Shown: positions 8,917-19,692, counted from the stretch's first letter. The stretch is 64,000 nucleotides of DNA from Bacillota bacterium (GCA_017889635.1 JAGGAC010000010.1:18105-82104); one strand, 5' to 3'. The notes: a model not told the origin generated them from the sequence alone. Numbers and translations are program-made.

Positions 8917-9768
8917 ATGCTTATAGCCGTAGAACATCTTGGCGAAGTCGGGGTAGGAATAACTACACCGCATTTTTTTCGTGCTGACGATGACAATACT
9001 TATGTAGTTAAACTGCAAAACAATCGGCTTGGTCCCAAAGTTTTAGTAAGCGAGTTTCTAGCAGCGAGAATTGGAAAAATTATGAGACTATGCTTTCCTC
9101 CTAGCAGCTTAATTTTAATACCCAAGGAATTATTAGAGAAAAATCAACAATTGGCCATTACCGGTGTGCAACCAGGATTACATTTCGCATCACAATATTT
9201 GAACAATGCCGAATATCTTGATAAAAACAATTTATCCAAGGCAACTAATATAAAAGAAATGGCAGGAATAATGCTATTCGACCATATGTTCCATAACCTA
9301 GACCGTTCCGGCAACAAAAAAAACCTTTTGCTGTGCCGCGAAGAAGATGCGTTCAAAATATATGCAATTGATAACTCGCATTTATTTAAAGCTGGGCGCT
9401 GGACAGTTAAGTCCCTTGAAAAATTGGCAAACAATAAAAAAATTTATTATCGGCGTAATTTCGGGCTATTACTCAAAGACTGTCTTACCCCCGATGACTT
9501 TCTATCATATCTTGAAAACTTAAAAAAGCTTACCGATAGCGAGATTACCAACATAATTAACGATATCCCTGCTGAATGGTTAACAGATGAAACCGAACGG
9601 CAGGCATTGGCTCAGCACATCAAAATTCGGCGAGACGTTGTCACGCAGCTCTGGCAAAAACTGTGCAACAACATCCCGCGAAAACGCGGCGGACGAAAAC
9701 CAATTAATAGCAAAGTAATTCGCTTGACTAATCACAACAATAATTTAACCAGCACTCCGCTCAAGTAA
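8917..9768 (+). CDS. atypical protein-kinase-like fold protein (PI3/4K- / HipA- / spore-kinase-like)
   Basis: The 283-aa product has a strong RBS (GAGGAGGT). It has a Gly-rich N-terminal stretch and a catalytic-loop-like FDHMFHNLDRSGNKKNLLL followed by a DFG-like AIDNS. The family assignment is uncertain. Confidence 0.6.
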   Translation: MLIAVEHLGEVGVGITTPHFFRADDDNTYVVKLQNNRLGPKVLVSEFLAARIGKIMRLCFPPSSLILIPKELLEKNQQLAITGVQPGLHFASQYLNNAEYLDKNNLSKATNIKEMAGIMLFDHMFHNLDRSGNKKNLLLCREEDAFKIYAIDNSHLFKAGRWTVKSLEKLANNKKIYYRRNFGLLLKDCLTPDDFLSYLENLKKLTDSEITNIINDIPAEWLTDETERQALAQHIKIRRDVVTQLWQKLCNNIPRKRGGRKPINSKVIRLTNHNNNLTSTPLK

Positions 9769-9791
9769 ATTAGCATACCTCCTGGATATAA

Positions 9792-9834
9792 GTAAACCTC
9801 GGCCTCCGCTTAGTTAACGGCGGCCGAGGTTTAC
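9792..9834. terminator. bidirectional hairpin between convergent genes
   Basis: GTAAACCTCGGCC…GGCCGAGGTTTAC forms a 13-bp stem between the 8917 gene (+) and fcl (-). Confidence 0.45.
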
Positions 9835-10800
9835 TTATGTATTCGCCCTATACCAATTAATAGTCTGAGCCAACCCAACCTCTAGCGGCGTTGTTGCTAT
9901 AAACCCAAACAACTGATTGGCTTTACTTATATCAAGAGCACGTCGTGGCTGACCGTTAGGTTTGTCTTTATCCCATAAAACCAAACCTTCAAAACCAGTC
10001 AGTTCTTTAATTTTTTTAACCAACTCTTTGATTGTCACTTCCTGTCCAGTCCCCAAATTAACTGGCAAACATCCGTTATATTGTTCTGTGGCCAACACAA
10101 TTCCTGTTGCAGCATCAGTAACATATAAAAACTCACGGCTAGCCGATCCATCACCCCAAACCGCTATTTCTCTAAGGCCAGAACGTTTTGCCTCCAAACA
10201 TTTTCTAATAAGGGCTGGAATCACATGTGAAGTAGACAAATCAAAATTGTCACCAGGACCATATAAATTAACCGGCATTAAAAATATAGCATTAAACCCG
10301 TACTGATCACGATAAGCTTGGCTTTGCACAAGCATCATTTTCTTGGCCAATCCGTACGGAGCGTTAGTTTCTTCTGGATAGCCGTCCCAAAGACTTTCTT
10401 CTTTAAATGGCACTGGACAGTGTTTAGGATAAGAACAAACTGTTCCGATAGCTACAAACTTCTCAATACCATAAAGTCTACCGTACTCAATAAGCTGAGT
10501 CCCCATCATAAGATTATCATAGAAATACTTGCCCGGATTTTCTCGATTGGCCCCAATACCACCAACCACTGCCGCCAGATGAATAACTATATCCGGTCGG
10601 AACGTCTCATACATTCTGATAATACTCTGTTCTTTAGTTAAATCATAGTCGACGCTTCGAGGAACAAAAAGTTCTGTGCACCCGCGCTCTTTAAGGGTTG
10701 CCACCACCTTTGATCCAAGAAACCCCGCCCCTCCAGTAACAACAATCCGGCGCTGCCGATAAAAATCCACATCAATCCCTCCTGCCCTTTTATTCAGCAT
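9835..10800 (-). CDS. fcl: GDP-L-fucose synthase
   Basis: The 321-aa ORF has an SDR-extended fold with the N-terminal [10 protein letters not shown] motif and belongs to the GDP-fucose synthase family. Confidence 0.85.
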   Translation of the reverse strand: MLNKRAGGIDVDFYRQRRIVVTGGAGFLGSKVVATLKERGCTELFVPRSVDYDLTKEQSIIRMYETFRPDIVIHLAAVVGGIGANRENPGKYFYDNLMMGTQLIEYGRLYGIEKFVAIGTVCSYPKHCPVPFKEESLWDGYPEETNAPYGLAKKMMLVQSQAYRDQYGFNAIFLMPVNLYGPGDNFDLSTSHVIPALIRKCLEAKRSGLREIAVWGDGSASREFLYVTDAATGIVLATEQYNGCLPVNLGTGQEVTIKELVKKIKELTGFEGLVLWDKDKPNGQPRRALDISKANQLFGFIATTPLEVGLAQTINWYRANT

Positions 10801-11875
10801 GATTGTGGATACTAAACCCCTTGCTAAGACACAATAAGTCTTTTTCGGTCCGTTTTATATCCTCTTCAACCATCATCCGAACAAGTTCGGCAAAGGACAC
10901 CGACGGCTGCCAACCCAGCTTATCGGCAGCCTTACTCGAATCAGCTACCAATAGATCCACCTCTGTTGGTCGGAAAAAACGGCGGTCTATTTTAACAAGC
11001 ACTTTACCAGTAGCCATATCTATACCTTGTTCATCAAGACCCTCGCCCTGCCATTCAATATCAATGCCAACTCTTTGGTAAGCCAACTCCACAAACTCCC
11101 TCACCGAGTGAGTCTCGCCTGTACCAATTACATAATCATCCGGCACAGGCTGCTGTAACATCAGCCACATAGCCCGCACATAATCTCCGGCGTACCCCCA
11201 GTCGCGTTTGGCATTCAAATTACCCAAATACAAAGTATCTTGCAAACCCATTTTAGTCCGTGCGGCACTGCGGGAAATCTTTCGGGTGACAAAAGTCTCG
11301 CCCCGCAAAGGTGACTCATGGTTAAATAAAACGCCGTTACAAGCAAAAAAATCATAAGCTTCACGATAATTTACCGTTATCCAATACGCATAAAGTTTTG
11401 CAACACCATAAGGGCTGCGAGGATAAAAAGGAGTTGTTTCCCGTTGAGGTATCTCCTGTACCTTTCCAAATAATTCACTAGTAGACGCCTGATAAAATCT
11501 TGTACTTTTCTCCATTCCCAATAGCCTGACAGCTTCCAACAATCTAAGCGTTCCAATAGCATCAGTATTAGCAGTATATTCAGGAGACTCAAACGAAATC
11601 TTGACATGAGATTGAGCCGCTAAATTATATATTTCATCAGGCTCAGCAATTTGTAAAATACGCCCTAAATTGGCCCCATCCGTCAAATCCCCGAAGTGAA
11701 GAAAAAACCGGCCTTCCAACTGATTAACACGTTGATACAACTCATCAATACGCTCGGAATTTGGCACCGATGTTTTGCGCATAATTCCATGCACCTGATA
11801 ACCATGCCGTAACAAATAATCAGCTAAGTAAGCACCATCCTGGCCAGTTATGCCGGTTATTAAAGCCTTTTTCAC
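10790..11875 (-). CDS. gmd: GDP-mannose 4,6-dehydratase
   Basis: The 361-aa ORF starts [17 protein letters not shown]…. It overlaps fcl by 11 nt, which is the classic gmd-fcl pair. Confidence 0.85.
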   Translation of the reverse strand: MKKALITGITGQDGAYLADYLLRHGYQVHGIMRKTSVPNSERIDELYQRVNQLEGRFFLHFGDLTDGANLGRILQIAEPDEIYNLAAQSHVKISFESPEYTANTDAIGTLRLLEAVRLLGMEKSTRFYQASTSELFGKVQEIPQRETTPFYPRSPYGVAKLYAYWITVNYREAYDFFACNGVLFNHESPLRGETFVTRKISRSAARTKMGLQDTLYLGNLNAKRDWGYAGDYVRAMWLMLQQPVPDDYVIGTGETHSVREFVELAYQRVGIDIEWQGEGLDEQGIDMATGKVLVKIDRRFFRPTEVDLLVADSSKAADKLGWQPSVSFAELVRMMVEEDIKRTEKDLLCLSKGFSIHNHAE

Positions 11876-12058
11876 ACTGTTCCTCCTTTGCCTCTTGTCA
11901 ATCCATTACCGTATGTTATTCAGTCATTAATAGCGATGTTACACCAGTAAAGGTTGCCAGTAAGAAAAGACCTCAGTTCACAGGCTTACACCTTGAACTG
12001 AGGTCTTTCAACGTTATGTATTTTTTCAGACTTCCTGGCATGTATCCAATCACACCAA

Positions 12059-12658
12059 TTATTCAGGAAGCCAAAACTCTCGCCCAAACCTTTGCAGATC
12101 TTTTTCCAGCGCCCGCCGAACTGCATTAGACTGCTTAACAAAGCCAACCAACGCCTGATGTTCGCCACTCTCGGTTATCACCGAATCATACAGATTAGTT
12201 CCATTATTGACATCTGCTACAATCATATACAACGGTACAGTTGCCGTCCAACGCTTAAGTAATATCAGCGCATTTGGAAAATCCAGCTGCTGCTCAGTGA
12301 CAACAAATAGTACTTCCGCTCGAACACTGTAATCCACCATCATAGCACGAAAAGCTGCCAGAAGCGCAGACGAGTCCGCCGTCGAATAATCTTCCACCCC
12401 CTCCATCCTCAACTTATCTAACAGATTTTGTCCGGACAGTACAATATACCTATCAGCAGGAAATTTAGCAGCCAAGGCTTCATTGACCATTTCAGCCGTA
12501 TACTGGCCACCCCGTAATCCAGAATTGTTAATAGCCGGCAAAACGGCAACTACTGCTTTCGCACCATACTGGTGGGCATTAGCAAGTGGTGGCGCAATAG
12601 TCATAAAAGAAACGAATGTGAAAATAAACCACCAAACAATAAATACTATTTTGCGCAT
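12059..12658 (-). CDS. hypothetical secreted protein (N-terminal signal/TM segment)
   Basis: The 199-aa ORF has a hydrophobic N-terminus (IVFIVWWFIFTFVSFMTIAPPLANA). Confidence 0.45.
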   Translation of the reverse strand: MRKIVFIVWWFIFTFVSFMTIAPPLANAHQYGAKAVVAVLPAINNSGLRGGQYTAEMVNEALAAKFPADRYIVLSGQNLLDKLRMEGVEDYSTADSSALLAAFRAMMVDYSVRAEVLFVVTEQQLDFPNALILLKRWTATVPLYMIVADVNNGTNLYDSVITESGEHQALVGFVKQSNAVRRALEKDLQRFGREFWLPE

Positions 12659-12974
12659 TGTTAAACTTCACTCCTTGGGAAATTATAAGAAACTCAGTAA
12701 AATAAGTGCTATATGCCTAAAAAATAGGCTACATATATATTATTTTGCTTTTCAGCCGAAAATACCTTTTATATTCTCTTCTTTTATAACCCTTAAGTTA
12801 AGAAAAACCTTTTAACTCTACCTTCTAACCTAAATAACCATGGCAGTTTTTCTCCTGACTAGAGGAATAACCTCCCAAAAAACGAATATTATAAAAGTTA
12901 ACCTTGGTAAACCATACATACTTAAACATTATTCCAACATTCACGGCTACGCCGCCACAGAGGTGACATTGACA

Positions 12975-14873
12975 ATGATTAGAATTGCTTTGAGCCAACT
13001 AGAGGTCATACCCGGACGTCCGGATCTAAATACTGCCACCATGATGGCCTTGATTGAAAAGGCCCGCAGTCAGCAGGCTCATATTATTATTTTTCCTGAA
13101 ATGGCTATCCCAGGCTATCTGCTTGGCGACACGTGGGAGCAAAGGGCATACTTGCGCGAATGTGAAGAATTCGGACGCCAAGTAATTGCCGCCTCCACCG
13201 GACTGAGCGTGATCTTCGGCAATGTTGGGGTTGACTGGGAAAAACGCGGTAACGACGGACGCGTTCGAAAGTATAACGCCCTGTTCACCGCCCAAAATGG
13301 CCGGTTATGCAGCACCGACAAATCCCCATATCCGTTTTGCATCAAGACTTTGCACCCTAACTACCGGGAATTTGACGACACGCGGCATTTCTACAGCCTG
13401 CGTAAGCTGGCTCAAGATATGGGCAAATCCATCGGTGAACTATTACAGCCAATTAATATAACAATCGATGGGAAACTATTTAAAATTGGCGGTATTCTTT
13501 GCGAAGACGGTTGGAGCGACGATTACTCATTTGACCCTCTAGCGGCACTTCATGCAAAAGGTCCGCTAGATCTCGTGGTTAATATTTCCAGTTCCCCTTT
13601 TACCTTAGGTAAAAATAATAAACGCAACCGGGTCTTTTCTAAGCAAGCCAGAGTAACTGGAGTTCCATTAGCCTATGTAAATAATGTTGGTCTGCAAAAT
13701 AACGGCAAAACTGTCTACACCTTTGACGGCTCCAGCTCCCTTTATGACGCTCAGGGAAATATCGTGGCCCAGTGTCCGTCATTCCAGCCTGATCTAAAAA
13801 TTGTTGATATTGGCTCTAATGCCAATGCTTCCACGGCTGTCATAATTCCAGAAACCCAGGAAATAGGCAGTATTTACCAAGCATTGACTTATGGCGTTAA
13901 CAATTTTATGCAACAAATCGGCATGAAAAAGGTGGTCATCGGCGTTTCTGGCGGCATCGATTCAGCAGTAAACGCTGCTCTGTTTACCTGCGCCGTAGGT
14001 CCGGAAAATATTCTCTTAGCCAATATGCCCAGTATCTATAACTCCCAAACAACAAAAGGACTGTCCGAGAAGCTAGCATCCAACCTAGGCTGCCAGTATA
14101 CCATAATACCCATTCAAGAAACGGTAAATCATACTGTAAGCCAAATTACCACCTCTCCGATTATCGATCTTAAAACAGGACAAGAGTCAAAACTAGCCGT
14201 CTCATCATTCATGACTGAAAACATTCAAGCCCGTGACCGATCTGGCCGTATACTGGCCGGACTGTCCGCTGCCTTTGGCGGCGGCTTTACTTGTAACGCC
14301 AATAAAACTGAACTTACAGTCGGCTATTCAACACTGTATGGCGACCAAGCAGGCTTTATCGCCGCCATTGGAGACCTTTGGAAACACCAGGTTTATGCCT
14401 TAGGCCAGTATCTAAATGCCCATATTTTTCAAAGCGAAGTCATTCCACAAGGCATCTTTGATATAGTGCCCAGCGCCGAGCTTTCCTCAGAGCAAGCGGT
14501 GGACGAAGGCAAAGGCGACCCTCTTATATATCCTTACCATGACTATCTTTTCCGGTCCTTTATGGAGTGGTGGAATCGTGCTACACCGGAAGATATACTA
14601 ACATGGTACGCTGCCGATGAACTTGATAAACAGCTGGGATGTAAAATTGGACTGACCAAGCAAATTTTTGCGACCCCCGAAGATTTTATTCGTGATCTTG
14701 AACGATGGTGGAAACTATACACCGGAATGGGGGTTGCTAAACGTATCCAAGCCCCGCCAATATTGGCGATCAGCCGCCGCGCCTACGGTTTTGATCATCG
14801 TGAAGCCCAAAACCCTCCATACTTCACCAGCGCCTACCGCAAACTAAAAAGCAAGTTGCTTTCCGGTAGATAA
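12975..14873 (+). CDS. nadE: glutamine-dependent NAD+ synthetase (nitrilase + NAD synthase domains)
   Basis: It has an N-terminal CN-hydrolase domain and a C-terminal PP-loop SGGIDSAV. The start is moved to ATG 12975 (RBS GAGGTGA), and the track ORF start at 12840 is read as an upstream extension. Confidence 0.85.
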   Translation: MIRIALSQLEVIPGRPDLNTATMMALIEKARSQQAHIIIFPEMAIPGYLLGDTWEQRAYLRECEEFGRQVIAASTGLSVIFGNVGVDWEKRGNDGRVRKYNALFTAQNGRLCSTDKSPYPFCIKTLHPNYREFDDTRHFYSLRKLAQDMGKSIGELLQPINITIDGKLFKIGGILCEDGWSDDYSFDPLAALHAKGPLDLVVNISSSPFTLGKNNKRNRVFSKQARVTGVPLAYVNNVGLQNNGKTVYTFDGSSSLYDAQGNIVAQCPSFQPDLKIVDIGSNANASTAVIIPETQEIGSIYQALTYGVNNFMQQIGMKKVVIGVSGGIDSAVNAALFTCAVGPENILLANMPSIYNSQTTKGLSEKLASNLGCQYTIIPIQETVNHTVSQITTSPIIDLKTGQESKLAVSSFMTENIQARDRSGRILAGLSAAFGGGFTCNANKTELTVGYSTLYGDQAGFIAAIGDLWKHQVYALGQYLNAHIFQSEVIPQGIFDIVPSAELSSEQAVDEGKGDPLIYPYHDYLFRSFMEWWNRATPEDILTWYAADELDKQLGCKIGLTKQIFATPEDFIRDLERWWKLYTGMGVAKRIQAPPILAISRRAYGFDHREAQNPPYFTSAYRKLKSKLLSGR

Positions 14874-14898
14874 CCCTATTACAAGGAGGCTTTCAATT

Positions 14899-15789
14899 AT
14901 GTTTTTTGACAATGCAGAAGGTATGGTTTTTCGCCCGCCTAGCGAAGCTAACAGTCTGATTCTACGAGTTACAATCGGCTGCTCACACAATACCTGCACC
15001 TTTTGCGGTATGTACCATAACACTGCGTTTCGGATAAGACCGGATGCTGAAATCACCGGGCTCATCCATAAAACAGCCAGATTATATCCTGATCAACGAC
15101 GGGTTTTTCTCGCTGACGGCAACGCATTAGTACTGCCAACCAACCGGCTGCTCGAAATAATGCGTCAGCTTCACGAAGCCTTTCCTAAATTAGCACGCAT
15201 CACTTGCTATGGCGGTCCTCATGACATCCTTCGCAAAACGCCGGAAGAGCTTGAGACCTTACATAAGGCCGGACTGCAAATAATTTACCTAGGAATCGAA
15301 AGCGGTGACGATATTGTCTTAACCAATGTCCATAAAGGAGTAACCGCTGCTGAAATGACCGCCGCCGGTCAGAAAGTTTTAGCTGCTGGCATCAAACTAT
15401 CTGCCATGGTTATTCTCGGACTTGGCGGCAAAACCCGAACCGCTGAGCACGCCCTAAATACCGCCAAAATCGTAAATGCTATCAATCCTACCATGCTTGG
15501 TGCACTAACTTTGATGCTGCACCAAGGGACAGCACTAAGAGATAGCGCCGAGCGTGGCGAATTTTTTCCCTTATCCCCTTACGAAATACTGCAAGAAATA
15601 AAAATGCTGGTTGAAAACATCGACGTTACCCATCCATGTCTCTTCCGCAGCACTCATGTATCTAACTTCTTGCCGCTAGCAGGAACGCTGCCGAAAGACA
15701 AAGCCAGGCTTCTGGACGACATAGACAAAGTTCTCTTGATATTCCAGAATCAGACAGATCCAACCTATAATGCTAGAAACCAATATTAA
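14899..15789 (+). CDS. radical SAM domain protein
   Basis: The 296-aa ORF has a Cys cluster CSHNTCTFCG near the N-terminus and a TIM-barrel-like remainder. The specific family was not resolved. Confidence 0.6.
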   Translation: MFFDNAEGMVFRPPSEANSLILRVTIGCSHNTCTFCGMYHNTAFRIRPDAEITGLIHKTARLYPDQRRVFLADGNALVLPTNRLLEIMRQLHEAFPKLARITCYGGPHDILRKTPEELETLHKAGLQIIYLGIESGDDIVLTNVHKGVTAAEMTAAGQKVLAAGIKLSAMVILGLGGKTRTAEHALNTAKIVNAINPTMLGALTLMLHQGTALRDSAERGEFFPLSPYEILQEIKMLVENIDVTHPCLFRSTHVSNFLPLAGTLPKDKARLLDDIDKVLLIFQNQTDPTYNARNQY

Positions 15790-15822
15790 AAGCCGCCCAA
15801 TTTGGGCGGCTTTCATTTTTTA
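15788..15822. terminator. bidirectional rho-independent terminator
   Basis: The stem AGCCGCCCA / TGGGCGGCT is flanked by T-runs on both strands. Confidence 0.55.
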
Positions 15823-15831
15823 TTTGCTTTT

Positions 15832-16191
15832 TCAGTGCCGGATATAACGCAGTAATAACCAGACTAAACTTGCAACAACAACAACAAAAATAGCCAATGG
15901 TAAAAAAACTAATACTACGATGGTAAAAATCCCCGCAATAAGTAATTTCGTAGACCACTTCATCCGCCCTGAACCAAAGGTCATTTGGCGAATATGAATC
16001 CGCTGGTTCGCCCCACGCTCCTGGTACTCGTAATAGCTGCCAGCAGATTGACTTTCTGCATTAGACTCCACAGTAATTCCCTGGAAATTTTCTCGCTCCT
16101 CAGGTGGTAGTATCGTTACCTCATTCGGTAATTCGCGGCACTCACATTTTTCATCCAGACCTAAATCCTTACCACAGCTTGCGCAACGCAA
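15832..16191 (-). CDS. zinc-ribbon plus single-TM membrane protein
   Basis: The 119-aa ORF has an N-terminal CxxC…CxC ribbon and a C-terminal hydrophobic helix. It lies 15 nt downstream of the 505-aa gene. Confidence 0.5.
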   Translation of the reverse strand: MRCASCGKDLGLDEKCECRELPNEVTILPPEERENFQGITVESNAESQSAGSYYEYQERGANQRIHIRQMTFGSGRMKWSTKLLIAGIFTIVVLVFLPLAIFVVVVASLVWLLLRYIRH

Positions 16192-16205
16192 TATACTACC
16201 CCCCT

Positions 16206-17723
16206 TTACGGCGTAAACAACGAATAAATCAAGCCTTCTGCGCTTAAATATCGCGGATCATACTTCGCGAGTTCCAGAGACTTAAATATTTTGTCCCTGT
16301 TAGCATACACGCTGCTTGTAGAAACATCCAAATCCGCCGCCAGTTGTTCCACCGAAATACCTTGCGGCGAATTAATCTGGGCAAAACTATATATAACAGC
16401 CGCCGCCCAAGCTCCGGCTTTCCGTACCGTCACAACAGTTACCTGACAATAATCATACCATAGCCGCATTGCCAAATCTTGATCATGCTTAGAAAATCCA
16501 TACTCTGGCATAATCTTGACAAACAATTTAGTAACCGCTTCGTTAGGTTCACGATTTTGAGCAATAATCGGAAAAGTACGCTCCATCTGGTCAAAAGGTG
16601 TAACATTCACTTTAGCCATATTCAATAAAATATCCACTGTGTGGCGGAAAGCCAGCGCATGACGGTTAAAGAACTCTTTCCAGGTCGCTCCCGGTTGTTG
16701 AATATCAAAAATCGCTTTTTGTCTTTGCGCTTCTTCCTTAATGCGACGACAAAGATTAGGACTTAGCTTAATACTAGTAATACAATTTACCAACACTGTA
16801 TCTCGTGAAAAAATATGGCCGAAAAAAAGCATCTGCTTCATTCCCTTATAATCAAACTCAGGATGGGGCAAGCGGAATATTTCTTCCGTAAACAGATTTA
16901 CGCATTCAATCCACTCCGGATTTATTACCCGGCTCACAGTAAACACAGTAAATTCAGTATTCAAGAGATCCGCTATAACTTCACGTTCCTCAGCACTAAG
17001 TTCTTTTCTACATGTCACAGCAAATTGCTTCATCGGAGTTTCATCATTAGCCAAGAGACGGTAATCAAATAAAAAATAATCCCAAAACTCTTGCCAGAAC
17101 ATGCTAAATTCGTCCGGTTCCGGCTCCGGAATGGGATTAAGCGGTCCCGCAAACAAAAATAACGCCCGCTGAAAATCGTCATTAAACTCTTTTTTTTGAA
17201 AAAAACTCCCTAGTTTCAACATCAAACCTTCGACAATCTCGCCCACCACACCGGCAAATTCCTCTGATAAAACAGATGAACTGCGCCTTAACATAAAACT
17301 GTTATCATCAATAAGCTTTACTTTATTGCCACCAGCAATCTCTTGCGCTGCCTGTTCAAGTTCAGTAGTATCAGCCACAATCTTCTTTAATGCCAAATAA
17401 CGATAAAACTCAAGCAGCACGTTGAAAAAACTGCGCACCGGTTTCAATGTCGCCTTAAACCCTTTGATATGATCAGCTAGCCATTCGATCACCCTGCTAT
17501 ATTCTTGATAAGAAATTTCTTCTAAACAATCTGCGTTCACATGCTCCAAATAAGCCAAAAACATTTTTAGATAACGCCATACTTCCCTGAGTTCATCATC
17601 GCTACTGCCTTGCCAGGCTTTCTGTCGTAAATAACCTTCTACCCAATCACGGCTAATCGCCAATTCTTGAGTTGTTTCCTGTTCATAATAAACACGGACT
17701 TCTTCATAAACATTTTTCATCAA
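16206..17723 (-). CDS. large hypothetical protein (N-terminal recombinase core-binding-like helices, C-terminal HTH-like segment)
   Basis: The 505-aa ORF has no recognisable catalytic motifs. The C-terminus …ISVEQLAADLDVSTSSVYANRDKIFKSL… resembles a sigma region-4/HTH. Confidence 0.5.
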   Translation of the reverse strand: MMKNVYEEVRVYYEQETTQELAISRDWVEGYLRQKAWQGSSDDELREVWRYLKMFLAYLEHVNADCLEEISYQEYSRVIEWLADHIKGFKATLKPVRSFFNVLLEFYRYLALKKIVADTTELEQAAQEIAGGNKVKLIDDNSFMLRRSSSVLSEEFAGVVGEIVEGLMLKLGSFFQKKEFNDDFQRALFLFAGPLNPIPEPEPDEFSMFWQEFWDYFLFDYRLLANDETPMKQFAVTCRKELSAEEREVIADLLNTEFTVFTVSRVINPEWIECVNLFTEEIFRLPHPEFDYKGMKQMLFFGHIFSRDTVLVNCITSIKLSPNLCRRIKEEAQRQKAIFDIQQPGATWKEFFNRHALAFRHTVDILLNMAKVNVTPFDQMERTFPIIAQNREPNEAVTKLFVKIMPEYGFSKHDQDLAMRLWYDYCQVTVVTVRKAGAWAAAVIYSFAQINSPQGISVEQLAADLDVSTSSVYANRDKIFKSLELAKYDPRYLSAEGLIYSLFTP

Positions 17724-17901
17724 AACTAAGAATCTCCTTTAAGTCATGACAACACTCCGAGTTTAATTATAACATTTTTCATCACATGCTACTACCCGTC
17801 ATCTCCCATTTACTGGTTGCAGAATTCGCAGCAACTTATTAAGCTAATTGTGCAATCATAATATTCGTCATTTATCCCGCCTAGCACGCCTTTATGTTTA
17901 C

Positions 17902-18567
17902 CTACAGATATTTACTTCCTTCTCGCACACTTAGCGGCTGCAAAGTATTTTTAGCAATAAACGCTGTAACCCATTCCCTATTGGTCTTCGAATACTCCCG
18001 CAAAGCCCAGCCTATAGCCTTATTAATAAAAAACTCTCTGGTAGTACTATTTTTTCGAATAACATCGCCAAGCACTTCAGTATTAGTTTTAGTCTTATAC
18101 CTGAGCTGAAATATTATTGCTATTCGTACCAGCCATATATTCTCCCCCTCAGCCCACTGCAAAATATGACTAACAATAAGCTCAGGATATTTAGCGCACA
18201 GCAACCCGACAAGGTTTTCTGCAATAGAGTCAACACTATCCCACCATGATTTTTGAGTAACAAGCTTAGCCAATTTATCAATATCTCCAGGACCAAGCAA
18301 TTCTTTTAGCGCCAATAAGTAATCTATCGCCAAATACTGGAACTCACGCTCCGGCAAATCCCACAGCATAAAAATAAACTTCCAGTCAATCGCCACAGAC
18401 TTTCTAAGCTGCTTGATAAAATCTCGGGCTAAAGCTGTTCTGGCCGGTTTTTGTATTCCCAGAAAAGGAAACTTATTTTTCATGTAGGCCGCCATTTTTT
18501 CGCTTAGCTCGGCATTTTTGTTCTGATAAAACACTTCAATCAATTCAGACCGAATGTCCAACCTGAC
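17902..18567 (-). CDS. DNA alkylation repair enzyme (AlkD-like HEAT-repeat glycosylase family)
   Basis: The sequence …EKMAAYMKNKFPFLGIQKPARTALARDF… matches the N-terminus of the DNA_alkylation family. The proposed start is GTG 18567, just after the upstream gene's stop. ATG 18495 is an alternative start. Confidence 0.6.
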   Translation of the reverse strand, partial: VRLDIRSELIEVFYQNKNAELSEKMAAYMKNKFPFLGIQKPARTALARDFIKQLRKSVAIDWKFIFMLWDLPEREFQYLAIDYLLALKELLGPGDIDKLAKLVTQKSWWDSVDSIAENLVGLLCAKYPELIVSHILQWAEGENIWLVRIAIIFQLRYKTKTNTEVLGDVIRKNSTTREFFINKAIGWALREYSKTNREWVTAFIAKNTLQPLSVREGSKYL

Positions 18568-18568
18568 A

Positions 18569-18844
18569 TCAATCCTTCCAGTTCCACCATTTAAGCTTTT
18601 CTGGCTCAAGCACCTCATTCGAAGCAAAATAAACCGCACACCGAAAAACATATAAAACACACCGGTCAACACAGCAGCCCTTTAACTCACAGTGCCGATT
18701 ATACATCTTTTCCGGGTCTTGGTTCTTCAGCGACGCAACTGTTGTATAACCAAGTTCAATCAAATCCCCAGCCATACTCTTGCCAATACCAGGTATTCTC
18801 TCTAGCTCGGATTTATTATTTCTTTTAGTTCCCGACTTCATCAC
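18569..18844 (-). CDS. helix-hairpin-helix small protein (Cdd1/pathogenicity-locus-like)
   Basis: The 91-aa ORF has the HhH motif ELERIPGIGKSMAGDLIELGY. Confidence 0.5.
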   Translation of the reverse strand: MMKSGTKRNNKSELERIPGIGKSMAGDLIELGYTTVASLKNQDPEKMYNRHCELKGCCVDRCVLYVFRCAVYFASNEVLEPEKLKWWNWKD

Positions 18845-18850
18845 ACCCGC

Positions 18851-19132
18851 TTACCTTGCTAACCTTAATTTTGCCGCTCGGTCAGCAATAGATTTTTGGT
18901 GTTCATCATCGCTCCAGTCAGGATCTTTTAAAGAAAACCATACTTCACAAGGCATTTTGTTGCAATCACCGCAAGTTGTAAACCCTTTCTCACTGACACA
19001 TTTAAAAATCGGGCAACAATCGGCGCCAATATACTGCGCCCAATAAACCTTCCCCAAAATAGCGCTGCACCCTGGACACTCAATCGAAAAATGAGGACAT
19101 TCCTCACAGCAGACTCCGCAGACACTAACCAT
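18851..19132 (-). CDS. Cys-rich small protein (DUF3795-like)
   Basis: The 93-aa ORF has about 13 Cys in CxxC-type spacing. Confidence 0.45.
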   Translation of the reverse strand: MVSVCGVCCEECPHFSIECPGCSAILGKVYWAQYIGADCCPIFKCVSEKGFTTCGDCNKMPCEVWFSLKDPDWSDDEHQKSIADRAAKLRLAR

Positions 19133-19165
19133 ATTTACAAACCTCCCTAACTAATTTAATGCAGC

Positions 19166-19651
19166 CTACAAACGCAACGAAATATAAATATCAATTACCT
19201 GATCATTCATATCTTCTGAATTATTGTGATATACCTCAAAATCGCAATCGTAGGCCCGTTCCAGATTCAACGACCATATTATCTGCCACAACTCAACTAC
19301 CGCTTGCTGATAATGCCCTCTAGTGGTAAACATCGCATACTTTCCGGCAGGAATTTTTCTTGCAGCTAATGGTGCATTAACCGTATTAAATGAAGTAACC
19401 TCACAGCAAGCCATAAAATTATACGGCATCGTAAAGTCACCCTCGTAGTCAGTGTATAATCCTATCGTCTTACCATCAACCCGCCGTTCAATTTGAGCAT
19501 AAACACCGCTGAGAAACTGCTGCCAAGTCGCACCTATATCCCCCACTGCCTGCATATTTTGATTGGTGGTCTTCTTGCTCAGGCCCTCGACCATCTTTTC
19601 ATTAACATGTACAATCTCATACTTCACACTATCACCTCGTGTTTTTTTCAA
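19166..19651 (-). CDS. GyrI-like small-molecule-binding domain protein
   Basis: The 161-aa ORF has the GyrI/AraC-effector-binding fold pattern. Confidence 0.6.
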   Translation of the reverse strand: MKKTRGDSVKYEIVHVNEKMVEGLSKKTTNQNMQAVGDIGATWQQFLSGVYAQIERRVDGKTIGLYTDYEGDFTMPYNFMACCEVTSFNTVNAPLAARKIPAGKYAMFTTRGHYQQAVVELWQIIWSLNLERAYDCDFEVYHNNSEDMNDQVIDIYISLRL

Positions 19652-19692
19652 TTATATACCAGGCAATAAGACAACAGTATGTCATATTTAGC

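Noticed and set aside
12840-12974. N-terminal 45-aa extension of nadE in the ORF track
   Set aside because: The internal ATG at 12975 has a proper RBS, and the extension has no NadE homology pattern.
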